NCBI GenBank assembly: GCA_035544335.1
Contig: DATKFT010000171.1
Coordinates: forward strand, 1-40,078
Reading direction: 5' to 3'
DNA length: 40,078 bases
DNA from: Pseudorhodoferax sp.
Lineage (GTDB): Bacteria; Pseudomonadota; Gammaproteobacteria; Burkholderiales; Burkholderiaceae_C
Within the stretch, counting starts at the first letter, position 1. The number at the start of each line of letters is the position of its first letter. Positions 13,528 through 23,035 of this stretch are shown here, piece by piece. The notes below the pieces were generated by a model. That model saw only the letters and a program-made list of their open reading frames with translations, ran no database searches and had not been told where the DNA came from. Position numbers and translations under genes: made by a program.

Positions 13528-16218
13528 ATGCCGCCTCCCGTTCCCCGCCTCCTCGAAGCCAAGCTCAACCCGCCCACGGTCGCCCACAGCCAGGTCGCGC
13601 GCGTGGCCATCGGCGAGGAGATCGCCAGCACCGCGGCCCGGCTGGTGCTGGTGCGCGCGCCCGCGGGCTTCGGCAAGACCACGACCATGGCGCAGGCCCG
13701 CCAGCGCATGGAGGCGCGCGGGCTCGCCACGGCCTGGCTCACGCTGGACCGCGCCGACAACGACATGTCGCGCTTCGTTGCCGGCCTGGGCGAGGTGGTG
13801 CTGCGGCTGGGCACGGACGGGCCGCACTGCACGGCCCCGTTCGACGCGGTGGCCGCGCTGGCCGCCCACGACGCGCCGTTCGCCTTGTTCCTGGACGAGT
13901 TCGAGGTCGTGCACGAGCCCGCCGTGCTGGGCCTGGTGCGCGAGATCGTCGAGCACATGCCGCGCGGCGGCCGCATCGTGATCGGCTCGCGCAGCCTGCC
14001 CGACCTGGGCCTGGGCCGGCTGCGCGCGCGCGGCCAGTTGCTGGAGATCGACACCGACCGGCTGCGCTTCAGCCTGGAGGAGACCGGCGCCTTCCTGCAG
14101 CAGCGCGCCACGCCGGCGCTGTCGGCCGAGCGGCTGGACCAGCTGCACCGCAAGACCGAGGGCTGGGTGGCCGCGATCTGGCTGGCCTCCATGGCGCTGG
14201 AGCGCCCGGGCGTCGAACCCGACTTCGTGGAGCGCTTCTCGGGCTCGAACCGGGCCGTGGCCGAGTACCTGGCCGAGGACGTGCTGGCCCACCAGCCCGG
14301 CGCGATCCGCGACTTCCTGCTGCGCACCAGCATCCTGCGCCAGCTCGACCCCTCGGTCTGCCAGGCGCTGGTGCCGCGCGGCAACAGCGCGGCCATCCTC
14401 GAGCAGCTGGCCGCGGCCGACCTGTTCCTCACGCCGATCAGCAGCGACGCGGGCGGCGCGGCCCAGGCCTGGCGCTACCACAGCCTGTTCGGCGACTTCC
14501 TGCGGGCGCAGCTCGCACGCGAGCACCCGGACGAGCTGACCCGGCTGCACCTGGCGGCCTCGGGCTGGTACGAATCGCAGAACCGCCCCGTGCCCGCCAT
14601 CGACCACGCGATCGAGGGTGGCGACCACCCGCATGCGCTGACGCTGCTGGACAGCTGGGCCGAGCAGTTCCTCGACCAGGGCCGCATGCGGCTGCTCGCG
14701 CGCTGGTTCGCGGCCATCCCCGATCACCTGCTGCGCCAGCACCCCTTCCTGCAGCTCATCGCGCTGTGGGCCGAATGCTTCACGCACGGCCCCTGGGACG
14801 CGATGGCGCGGCTGGAGGCGTCCGACTGCGTGCTGAGCCCGCTGCCCGAGGTGCGCGCCTGCGCGCAGACGCTGTACCCGCTGCTGTGGGCCATGCAGGA
14901 CCGCTACGACGAGGCCTACGAGGCCGGCCGCGCCTGCCTGAACCGCCTGCCCACGGGCCTGGCCTTCGCCGACAGTGCGCTGCTCAACGCCATGGCCCAC
15001 ATCCTGTCGGTGATGGGCGACGAGCACGCCTCGCAGCGCCTGCTGGACGCCGCACGCAGCAAGCAGGGCAACGCCAAACGCGAAGGCACCTTCCACCGCA
15101 TGTACACCGAGGCCTCCGAGGGCATGCTGGACCTGCAGGCGGGCCGGCTGCGCCAGGCCACGGCGCGCTTTCGGATCGCGGTGGACTCCACGCATGCCGT
15201 GACCTACAACCACAGCCACGGCAACGCCTGGGCCGGCGTGCTGTACGCCAGCGTGGTCTACGAGGCCAACCAGCTGCTCAAGGCCGAGCACCTGCTCAAC
15301 GTCTACCTGCCGCTCGCGCGCGACGTGGGCCTGCCGGACCACATGATCCTGTCGCACGTGATGCGCTCGCGCATCGCCTTCCACGGCGGCGACATCGACG
15401 TGGCGCTGCAGGCGCTGACCGAGCTGGAGTACCTGGGCCATGCGCGCCAGCTGCCGCGCGTGGTGGCCGGCGCCAAGCTCGAGCGCTCGCGCATGCTGCT
15501 GCTGCAGGGAAACGGCCCGGCCGCGCACGACGAGCTGCTGCGTGCCGATGACCCCACGCTGTGGGAACGCGAACGCCGCCAACGCCTGCCCGCGCACGAC
15601 CTGGACTACTGGGCACTGGCCAAGGCGCGCTGGGAGATCGCTTTCGGCGACGCGCGCACCGCGCTGGCCACGCTGGAGGCCGCGATCCACGCGGCCACGA
15701 CCGCCGCGCGCGGGCGGCGCGTGCTCAAGCTCCGGGTGCTGCGCGCGCTGGCCCACCAGCGCGCCGGCGACCAGGCCGCCGCCGTGCTCGAGATGGGCGC
15801 CGTGCTGCAGACCGCCAGCCAGGAGGGCTTCGTGCGCCTGATCCTGGACGAAGGTCCCGCCGTCGGCCGGCTGCTGCAGCGCTGCGCCGCGTGCATGCAG
15901 GAAACGCCCGCCGCGCGCAACGACCCGATCCAGGCCGAGCACCTGCAGCGGCTGCTGCAGGCCGTCGGCCCGCTGGCCGCGCACGAGGCCGAGGCGCCTG
16001 CTGCCGACGGCCAGGGCCCCGAGGAGCCGCTCACGCGCAAGGAGATCCGCGTGCTGCAGCTGCTCGCCGAGGGCTACTCGAACAGCGCCATGGGCGAGAA
16101 GCTGTTCGTCTCGGACAGCACGGTGCGCACGCACCTGCGCAACATCAACATGAAGCTCAACGCCAAGAGCCGCACACAGGCCGTGGCCATCGCGCGCAAG
16201 CTCGGCGTGATCCGCTAG
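13528..16218 (+). CDS. MalT-like STAND ATPase / LuxR-HTH transcriptional activator (~896 aa)
   Basis: Walker A APAGFGKTT, Walker B LFLDEFE, TEGW, WRYHSLF; C-terminal LTRKE-VLQLLAEGYSN...SDSTVRTHLRNINMKL. Confidence 0.93.
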   Translation: MPPPVPRLLEAKLNPPTVAHSQVARVAIGEEIASTAARLVLVRAPAGFGKTTTMAQARQRMEARGLATAWLTLDRADNDMSRFVAGLGEVVLRLGTDGPHCTAPFDAVAALAAHDAPFALFLDEFEVVHEPAVLGLVREIVEHMPRGGRIVIGSRSLPDLGLGRLRARGQLLEIDTDRLRFSLEETGAFLQQRATPALSAERLDQLHRKTEGWVAAIWLASMALERPGVEPDFVERFSGSNRAVAEYLAEDVLAHQPGAIRDFLLRTSILRQLDPSVCQALVPRGNSAAILEQLAAADLFLTPISSDAGGAAQAWRYHSLFGDFLRAQLAREHPDELTRLHLAASGWYESQNRPVPAIDHAIEGGDHPHALTLLDSWAEQFLDQGRMRLLARWFAAIPDHLLRQHPFLQLIALWAECFTHGPWDAMARLEASDCVLSPLPEVRACAQTLYPLLWAMQDRYDEAYEAGRACLNRLPTGLAFADSALLNAMAHILSVMGDEHASQRLLDAARSKQGNAKREGTFHRMYTEASEGMLDLQAGRLRQATARFRIAVDSTHAVTYNHSHGNAWAGVLYASVVYEANQLLKAEHLLNVYLPLARDVGLPDHMILSHVMRSRIAFHGGDIDVALQALTELEYLGHARQLPRVVAGAKLERSRMLLLQGNGPAAHDELLRADDPTLWERERRQRLPAHDLDYWALAKARWEIAFGDARTALATLEAAIHAATTAARGRRVLKLRVLRALAHQRAGDQAAAVLEMGAVLQTASQEGFVRLILDEGPAVGRLLQRCAACMQETPAARNDPIQAEHLQRLLQAVGPLAAHEAEAPAADGQGPEEPLTRKEIRVLQLLAEGYSNSAMGEKLFVSDSTVRTHLRNINMKLNAKSRTQAVAIARKLGVIR

Positions 16219-16231
16219 CCCCCAGGGGCCG

Positions 16232-16266
16232 GGCCCGGCCCGGCCCGGCCCGGCCCGGCCCGGCCC
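16232..16266. repeat. pentanucleotide microsatellite (GGCCC)x7
   Basis: seven perfect tandem copies starting 13 nt after the MalT-like stop. Confidence 0.9.
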
Positions 16267-16268
16267 GG

Positions 16269-16321
16269 CATGAGCTCATGACGAAATCATCGTTGGGCAC
16301 ACAAGGGTTAACACCTAGACT
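16269..16321 (+). promoter_or_regulatory. putative promoter TTGGGC-17-TAGACT with upstream dyads CATGAGCTCATG and ATGA-N5-TCAT
   Basis: hexamers at 16293-16298 and 16316-16321; overlapping inverted repeats 16269-16290. Confidence 0.5.
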
Positions 16322-16507
16322 GCGGCGGCTGTTGCAGTTGTCCAGGCGCGGCGCAAGGGACCGGCCTCGCGCCATCCGGCGCCCCGGATCCCGGACCGCG
16401 TCCCTCCACCGTTGATATCCTGGCACGGCGCTGCACCTCGCTGCGCGCTGTTTCCTGCCGACCGACGCGCCGGCAGCCCGTTCCATGCAGATGAAGAAGG
16501 CAGATTT

Positions 16508-18628
16508 GTGTCCCATTGGATAGTTGGCATCGATATCGGCGGTACGTTCACCGACCTCGTCGCGCTGGACCTCGCGCGCGGCGAACAGCGCAGCCTGAAG
16601 GTCCTGACCACGCACGGCGACCCGACCGAGGGCGTGGTGCGCGGCACGGCGCAGCTCATGGCAGACAACGGCATCGCCCCGGCCGACGTGGCACGCGTCG
16701 TGCACGCGACCACCCTGTTCACCAACGCGCTGATCGAGCGGCGCGGCGCCTGCACGGGCCTGCTCACGACCGAGGGCTTTCGCGACATCGTCGAGATGGG
16801 CAACGAGCGCAAGTACGACCTGTACGACCTGCACATCGAGCGCGTGCGGCCGCTCGCGCCGCGCCATCTGCGCGGCGAGGCCGCGGGGCGCCTGGATGCC
16901 CAGGGCCGCGAGATCGCGCCGCTGGACCTGGACCAGGCCCTGGCCGAGGTCGCGCGCCTGGTCGACGCCGGCGTCGAGTCGCTCGCCATCTGCCTGCTGC
17001 ACGCCTGGCGCAACGACGCGCACGAGCGCAGCCTGGCCCTGGCCATCGCCAGCGCCCATCCCGGGCTCACGCTCACGCTGTCCTGCGAGACCGCACCCGT
17101 GATCCGCGAGTACGAGCGGCTGACCACCACGCTGGCCAGCGCCTACATCAAGCCCATGGCGCGCCACTACCTGGACCGGCTCGCCCGCCAGCTGGCCGCG
17201 CTGGGCCTGCCCGGCGAGGTGCTCATGATGCTGTCCAACGGCGGCCTCGCGCACCTGGACGAGGCGCGCGCGCAGCCGATCGCGCTGCTCGAATCCGGCC
17301 CCGCGGCCGGCGCGATCTCCGCGGCCTTCCACAGCCTGCGCGAGGGCCAGAGCGACCTGCTGGCCTTCGACATGGGCGGCACCACGGCCAAGCTGTGCCT
17401 GGTCAACGACGCCAAGCCCTCCATCACCTTCGGCTTCGAGGCCGCGCGCCAGAAGCGCTTCGCCGAAGGCAGCGGCCTGCCCATCGGCATCACCACGGTG
17501 GACCTCATCGAGATCGGCGCCGGCGGCGGCAGCATTGCCTCGCGCGACGCGCTGGGCCTGCTCAAGGTCGGCCCGCGCAGCGCGGGCTCGCAGCCCGGTC
17601 CCATGTGCTACGGCCAGGGCGGCGAGGAGCCCACCGTGACCGACGCCAACCTGCTGCTGGGCTACCTGAACCCCGACTTCTTCGCGGGCGGCACGCTGCA
17701 GATCCAGCCCGCGCTGGCGCGCGCCGGCTTCGAGCGCCTGGGCGCCACGCTGGGCCACGGCGCGGTGGAAACCGCCTGGGGCATGCACGACATCGTGGCC
17801 GAGAACATGGCGGCCGCCGCGCGCGTGCACGTGGCCGAGCGCGGCCAGGACCCGCGCCGCTTCGTGCTCGTGGCCACGGGCGGCGGCGGCCCGCTGCATG
17901 CCTACCACGTGGCGCGCAAGATCGGCGTGTCCACCATCGTCTGTCCGCCGCAGGCCGGCGTGGCCTCGGCCTTCGGTCTGCTGGTGGCCCAGGCCCGTGC
18001 CGACCGCTCGCGCAGCTTCAGCTTCAAGCCCGCCAGCGACACGGTCGCCGGCCTGGAGGAGGTCTTCGCGGCGCTCGAGCAGGAGGTGCGCGGGCCGCTG
18101 CAGGCGCTGCAGGCCGACTTCGGTCCGGTCCGCCTGCGCCGCCGCGCCGACGGCCGCTTCATCGGCCAGGGCTTCAACCTCGGCGTGGACCTGCCCGACG
18201 GTCCTTACACCGTGCAGGGCGCGCAGGATGCGGACGCCGAAGCGCGCTGGCGCGCGCAGCTGGACCAGGCCTTCCGCAGCGCCTACGCCGCCAAGTTCGG
18301 CCGCACGCCGCCGGACGTGCCGGTCGAGCTCGTGAACCTGCAGGTGACGGGCGAGGCCGCACCGCTGCGCCCGTTCCAGGCCGCCGCACTGCTGGCCCAG
18401 GCCGCCACGGCCCGGGCCAGCGGCAGCCGCCCGGTCTACTTCGCCGAAAGCCAGGGCTTCGTCGACACGCCCATCTACCAGCGCGCCCAGCTGCGCCCCG
18501 GCGTGCAGCTGGCCGGACCCGCCCTCATCGAGGAGGAAACCACCACCGTGGTCGTGGGCCCGCGCGCCCGCGCCACCGTCACGGCCCAGGCCAATCTTGT
18601 GATCCAGATCGAGGAAGCATCCGCATGA
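16508..18628 (+). CDS. hydantoinase A / 5-oxoprolinase ATP-binding subunit (~706 aa)
   Basis: GIDIGGTFTD, HATTLFTNAL, REYER, ESGPAAG, FDMGGTT, IGAGGGSI, SAGSQPGP, PTVTDANL; GTG start after GAAGG. Confidence 0.92.
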   Translation: MSHWIVGIDIGGTFTDLVALDLARGEQRSLKVLTTHGDPTEGVVRGTAQLMADNGIAPADVARVVHATTLFTNALIERRGACTGLLTTEGFRDIVEMGNERKYDLYDLHIERVRPLAPRHLRGEAAGRLDAQGREIAPLDLDQALAEVARLVDAGVESLAICLLHAWRNDAHERSLALAIASAHPGLTLTLSCETAPVIREYERLTTTLASAYIKPMARHYLDRLARQLAALGLPGEVLMMLSNGGLAHLDEARAQPIALLESGPAAGAISAAFHSLREGQSDLLAFDMGGTTAKLCLVNDAKPSITFGFEAARQKRFAEGSGLPIGITTVDLIEIGAGGGSIASRDALGLLKVGPRSAGSQPGPMCYGQGGEEPTVTDANLLLGYLNPDFFAGGTLQIQPALARAGFERLGATLGHGAVETAWGMHDIVAENMAAAARVHVAERGQDPRRFVLVATGGGGPLHAYHVARKIGVSTIVCPPQAGVASAFGLLVAQARADRSRSFSFKPASDTVAGLEEVFAALEQEVRGPLQALQADFGPVRLRRRADGRFIGQGFNLGVDLPDGPYTVQGAQDADAEARWRAQLDQAFRSAYAAKFGRTPPDVPVELVNLQVTGEAAPLRPFQAAALLAQAATARASGSRPVYFAESQGFVDTPIYQRAQLRPGVQLAGPALIEEETTTVVVGPRARATVTAQANLVIQIEEASA

Positions 18629-20283
18629 GCGCCCCCACCCCCGCTCCCGCCACCCAGCGCGGCGACGACGCCATCTTCCTGGAAGTCTTCTGGACCCGCG
18701 TGCGCTCCATCGTCAACGAGGCCGCCAAGCTCATCGTGCGCACCTCGTTCTCCACGCTGTCGTCCGAGGCCAACGACTTCGCAGTCGTCATGACCGATTC
18801 GCGCGGCCAGACCATCGCCGAGAACGCGGGCGCCATCCCCTCCTTCATCGGCACGCTGGGCAACACCGTGCGCGCCATGATCGAGGTCTTCGGCACCGAG
18901 GCGATGCAGCCCGACGACATCTACATCACCAACGACCCCTGGATCGGCACGGGCCACCTCAACGACGTGTGCCTGGTCAAGCCCCTGTTCCATGCCGGCC
19001 GCGTGATCGGCTTTGCGGCCACCACGGGCCATGTGCCCGACATCGGCGGCAAGATCCGCTCGGTCGACGCGCGCGAGCTGTTCGAGGAAGGCTTCCACAT
19101 CCCGCCAATGCACTTCCTGCGCGCGGGCCAGAGCGATCCCTCGCTGCTGCGCCTGCTGCAGGCCAATGTGCGCACGCCCGAGCAGACCACGGGCGACATC
19201 TGGTGCCACGCCGGCGCCACCGAGCTGATCGGCCGGCGCGTGGCCGCGCTGCTGCAGGAGTACCAGCTCGCGCAGATCGACGACCTGGCCGACGCGTTGT
19301 TCGCGCGCAGCGAGCAGGCCATGCGCGCGGCCATCACCGCGCTGCCGGACGGCGTGTACCGCTACACCATGCCGACCGACGGCTTTGCCGAGCCCTTCCG
19401 CTTCGAGGTGGCCGTGCACATCGCGGGCGGCGAGATCGCATGCGACTTCGCCGGCTCTTCGCCGCAGCAGCCGCGCGCGATCAACTGCGTGCTGGCCTAC
19501 ACGCACGCCATGACCGCCTACGCCATCAAGAGCCTGCTGCTGCCCGAGCTGCCCAACAACCACGGCCTGTTCCGGCCCGTTCGCACGCTGGCCCCCGAGG
19601 GCTCCATCCTGAACCCGACGTTCCCGGCGCCCGTGGGCGGGCGCTCTTGCACGGGCCACTACGTTCCCAGCGCCATCTTCGGCGCGCTGCATGCGGTGCT
19701 GCCCGAGCGTGTGATGGCCGGCGTGGGCTCGCCGGTCTGGATCACCAACCTGAACGGACGCCGCGCCAACGGCAAGCCCTTCGCGACCGTGCTGTTCTAC
19801 AACGGCGGCATGGGCGCGACCGCGGACAAGGACGGCGCGACCGTGATGTCCTGGCCCAGCAACATCTCGCCCACGCCGATCGAGATCGCCGAGCGCGACT
19901 CTCCGCTGCTGTTCCGCCGCAAGCGCCTGCTGCCCGATTCCGGCGGCGCGGGCCGCCACCGCGGCGGGCTCGGCGAGGAGATCTGCTTCGTGAACCGGCA
20001 CGAGACACCGCTGGCCGTGGTGTTCCTGACCGAGCGCATCAAGTTCGGCGCACCCGGCCTGGAAGGCGGCGCCGACGGCCAGTGCGGCGCGGTGCTGATC
20101 AACGGCCAGGCCATCGACTCGCGCGTGCCGCAGGTGCTGCAGCCCGGCGACGAGGTCACGCTGCGCACACCGGGCGGCGGCGGCTTCGGCCCGGCCCGCG
20201 AGCGCACGGACGCCGCCCTGGCACAGGACCTGCTGGCCGGCTACGTCACGCCCCGGCAACCGGACAACGCGCCGGCCGCCTAG
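18625..20283 (+). CDS. hydantoinase B / oxoprolinase subunit (~552 aa)
   Basis: EANDFA, NDPWIGTGHLND, HVPDIGG, DSGGAGRHRGG, TPGGGGFG; ATGA overlap with subunit A. Confidence 0.92.
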   Translation: MSAPTPAPATQRGDDAIFLEVFWTRVRSIVNEAAKLIVRTSFSTLSSEANDFAVVMTDSRGQTIAENAGAIPSFIGTLGNTVRAMIEVFGTEAMQPDDIYITNDPWIGTGHLNDVCLVKPLFHAGRVIGFAATTGHVPDIGGKIRSVDARELFEEGFHIPPMHFLRAGQSDPSLLRLLQANVRTPEQTTGDIWCHAGATELIGRRVAALLQEYQLAQIDDLADALFARSEQAMRAAITALPDGVYRYTMPTDGFAEPFRFEVAVHIAGGEIACDFAGSSPQQPRAINCVLAYTHAMTAYAIKSLLLPELPNNHGLFRPVRTLAPEGSILNPTFPAPVGGRSCTGHYVPSAIFGALHAVLPERVMAGVGSPVWITNLNGRRANGKPFATVLFYNGGMGATADKDGATVMSWPSNISPTPIEIAERDSPLLFRRKRLLPDSGGAGRHRGGLGEEICFVNRHETPLAVVFLTERIKFGAPGLEGGADGQCGAVLINGQAIDSRVPQVLQPGDEVTLRTPGGGGFGPARERTDAALAQDLLAGYVTPRQPDNAPAA

Positions 20284-20308
20284 TTTTCATTCCAAGAGGT
20301 TTCGCACC

Positions 20309-21280
20309 ATGTCCTTCAAGACCCTTTTGACCACCCTGCTGGCCACGGCCAGCCTGTCGTTCGGCGGCGGCGCGAGCGCCGCCAGCGCGGCCTATCCCGA
20401 CAAGCCCGTGACCCTGGTCGTGGGCTTCTCGCCCGGCAGCAGCATCGACATGGTCGCGCGCGCCGTGGCGCAGAAGCTCGGCGACAGGCTGCACCAGACC
20501 GTGATCGTGGACAACAAGGCTGGCGCGGGCGGCAACGTGGCCGCTGGCCAGGTCGCGCGCGCCACGCCGGACGGCTACCAGCTGCTCGTGGTGGCCAACA
20601 GCATCGCGATGGCGCCGGCCGTCTACCCCGACCTCAAGTTCGACACGCAGCGCGACCTGCGCGCGATCGCCTACGTGGGCGTCGGCCCCGTGATCCTCAA
20701 GGTGCGCAAGGACCGCGGCTTCAACACGCTGGCCGACCTGATCCAGTACGCCAAGGCCAACCCGGGCAGGCTCAACTACGGCTCCTCGGGCGTGGGTGGT
20801 ACGCCGCACATGGCGACCGTGCTGTTCGGCAAGGTGGCCGGCGTCGAGATGACCCACATCCCGTACAAGGGCGGCGCCGATGCGCTGACCGCGCTGCTGG
20901 GTGGTCAGGTCGATGTGCTGATCAACCCGCTGCTGGGTGACACGGCCTCGGACCGCATCGCCTCGCTCGCGATCACGGGCGCCAGCCGCTCCGCGCTGGC
21001 CCCCGGCGTGCCGACCTTCGGCGAGGCCGGCTACCCGGCCTACGACATCGGCGTCTACTACGGCATCATGGGGCCGGCCGGCATGCCCGATGCGGTCGTG
21101 CGCCAGCTCAACACGGCCGTCAACGAGGTGCTGGCCGACCCGGCCATCGTCGACAGCCTGACCACGCGCAGCGGCATCGTGCTCAAGCCCGGCTCGGCCG
21201 AGCAGTTCCAGCGCTTCATCGACGCCGACATCGCGCGCTGGAAAGACGTCGTCAAGAACGACAAGTCCATCAAGAACTGA
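20309..21280 (+). CDS. Bug/TctC tripartite tricarboxylate transporter solute-binding protein (323 aa)
   Basis: signal peptide, YPDKPVTLVVGFSPG, NKAGAGG, PDGY, YGSSGVG, HIPYKGG. Confidence 0.93.
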   Translation: MSFKTLLTTLLATASLSFGGGASAASAAYPDKPVTLVVGFSPGSSIDMVARAVAQKLGDRLHQTVIVDNKAGAGGNVAAGQVARATPDGYQLLVVANSIAMAPAVYPDLKFDTQRDLRAIAYVGVGPVILKVRKDRGFNTLADLIQYAKANPGRLNYGSSGVGGTPHMATVLFGKVAGVEMTHIPYKGGADALTALLGGQVDVLINPLLGDTASDRIASLAITGASRSALAPGVPTFGEAGYPAYDIGVYYGIMGPAGMPDAVVRQLNTAVNEVLADPAIVDSLTTRSGIVLKPGSAEQFQRFIDADIARWKDVVKNDKSIKN

Positions 21281-21304
21281 GGCCGGCCCCGCGCGGGCCA
21301 TTGC

Positions 21305-22132
21305 TCAGCCCGCGTCCGTGAAACGCGCCGCGCGCTTCTCCATGCCCGCCGCCACGGCTTCGCGCTGGTTGGCGCTGCCGATCAGGCGCTGCTGCTCGAC
21401 CGATTCGGCCAGCAGCAACTGGGCCGCGTCGCCGTCGGCGGTCTGGTTCAGGAGCCGCTTGGCCGCGCGCACGGCATCGGGGTTGCGGCCCGCGATCTCG
21501 CGCGCCATGGCCAGGGCCTCGGCCAGCGGATCGGCCGCCACGCGCGTTGCCAGGCCGATGCGGCAGGCCTCCTCGGCCTCGACCTGGCGCGCGCTGAACA
21601 CGAGTTCGCGCGCGATGTCGGCCCGCACGAGTTCGCGCAGCAGCGCGATGCCGGCCATGTCGGGCACCAGGCCCCAGCGCATCTCCATGACCGACAGCCG
21701 CGCATCGGCCGCGAGCAGCCGCACATCCGCGCCCAGCGCGACCTGCAGGCCGCCGCCGAAGGCCACGCCCTGCACGGCCGCGATCACGGGCACGGCCAGC
21801 GTGCGCCAGCCCCAGGCCACCTGCTGCGGCCGGTTGGCCGGGCCGTGCGTGCGCGCCTGCAGCGCCGACAGGCCCTCCAGCGGCGCGCCCTCGCGCATCT
21901 GGCCGAAGCGCGACATGTCCAGCCCCGCGCAAAAGGCCCGGCCCTCGGCGTGCAGCACGACGGCGCGCACGCCGCGCGTGGCCTGCAGCAGCTCGGTGGC
22001 CGCGACCAGGCCGTCGAACATGTCCGCGTCCAGCGCGTTCATCTTGTCCGGCCGCGCGAGCCGCACCTGCGCGACGCCGTCGGCGTCCACGCGCACGGCC
22101 ACGCGGCCGTGCAGCAGTCGTTCTTCAAGCAA
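21305..22132 (-). CDS. crotonase-family protein with ECH1-like Glu..Asp pair (~275 aa)
   Basis: KMNALD, AFCAGLD, AFGGGLQ, MEMRWGLVPD; TTG start after GGAGG overlapping the upstream stop. Confidence 0.88.
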   Translation of the reverse strand: MLEERLLHGRVAVRVDADGVAQVRLARPDKMNALDADMFDGLVAATELLQATRGVRAVVLHAEGRAFCAGLDMSRFGQMREGAPLEGLSALQARTHGPANRPQQVAWGWRTLAVPVIAAVQGVAFGGGLQVALGADVRLLAADARLSVMEMRWGLVPDMAGIALLRELVRADIARELVFSARQVEAEEACRIGLATRVAADPLAEALAMAREIAGRNPDAVRAAKRLLNQTADGDAAQLLLAESVEQQRLIGSANQREAVAAGMEKRAARFTDAG

Positions 22133-23024
22133 GGCGGGCCCTCCTGTCCTTGGCGTCCTGGCCCGCGATGCTGTCGCGCGCGCGCTGCCAGTCGGCGTCG
22201 TCCCAGCTGCGCATGCGCGAGAAGTTGCCGCCCGTGGCCTGGTACTGGCCGCCATCGATCGCGATGGTCTGGCCGTTGATGTAGTCGGCACCCGGGCCCA
22301 GCAGCAGCACGGCGAGGTTGGCCAGCTCGGGCATGCGGCCGTTGCGGTCCATGGGGTTGCCCTCGGTCTTGTGCTCGCCGCCGCCCGGGTTCAGGCGCGC
22401 GCTCATGCCCTCGGTCGGGAACAGGCCCGGCGCGATGGCGTTGAAGCGGATGCCGCGGCCGGCCCATTCCACGGCCAGCGACTGCGTCATCGCGTGCAGG
22501 CCGGCCTTGGACATGGCCGAGGGCACCGTGAACGGCGAGCCGTTCCAGACCCAGGTCGTGAGGATGGAGACCACGGCCGCGCTCTTGCCCTCGGCCAGCC
22601 AGCGCTTGCCGCAGTCCAGCGTCATCATGAAGCTGCCGCGGAACACGATGTTGGCGATCGCGTCGAAGCCGCGCGGCGACAGGTCTTCGGTGCGGCTCAC
22701 GAAGTTGCCGGCCGCGTTGTTGACCAGGCCGTCCAGCGCGCCGCCGTCGGCCCAGACGCGGTCCAGCATGGCGCTGATCTGCTCTTCCTTGCGGATGTCG
22801 CAGCCCAGGCCGACCACGCGGCCGCCATGGCCGCCGTGCGCGGCCATGAGCTCCTGCGCGCTCTGCTCGAGCACGCTCTCGCGCCGCCCGCAGATGTAGA
22901 CCGTGGCGCCCAGCAGCAGCAGGGCCTCGCTCATCACGCGGCCCAGGCCGCTGCCGCCGCCCGTCACGAGGTAGCGCTTGCCGGCCAGCAGGCCGGGCTT
23001 GTACATGAGGTCGTCGAGATTCAC
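22125..23024 (-). CDS. SDR 2,4-dienoyl-CoA reductase-like (DECR-type, ~299 aa)
   Basis: TGGGSGLG, NNAAGNF, VPSAMSKAG..MTQSLAVEW..GIRFNAIAPG, typical of DECR1/2; GTG start after AAGGAG. Confidence 0.85.
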   Translation of the reverse strand: MNLDDLMYKPGLLAGKRYLVTGGGSGLGRVMSEALLLLGATVYICGRRESVLEQSAQELMAAHGGHGGRVVGLGCDIRKEEQISAMLDRVWADGGALDGLVNNAAGNFVSRTEDLSPRGFDAIANIVFRGSFMMTLDCGKRWLAEGKSAAVVSILTTWVWNGSPFTVPSAMSKAGLHAMTQSLAVEWAGRGIRFNAIAPGLFPTEGMSARLNPGGGEHKTEGNPMDRNGRMPELANLAVLLLGPGADYINGQTIAIDGGQYQATGGNFSRMRSWDDADWQRARDSIAGQDAKDRRARLA

Positions 23025-23035
23025 CAAGGTCTCCT

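Noticed and set aside
16421..16435. sigma54 promoter TGGCACGGCGCTGCA
   Set aside because: GG-to-GC spacing is 9 nt rather than the required 10.
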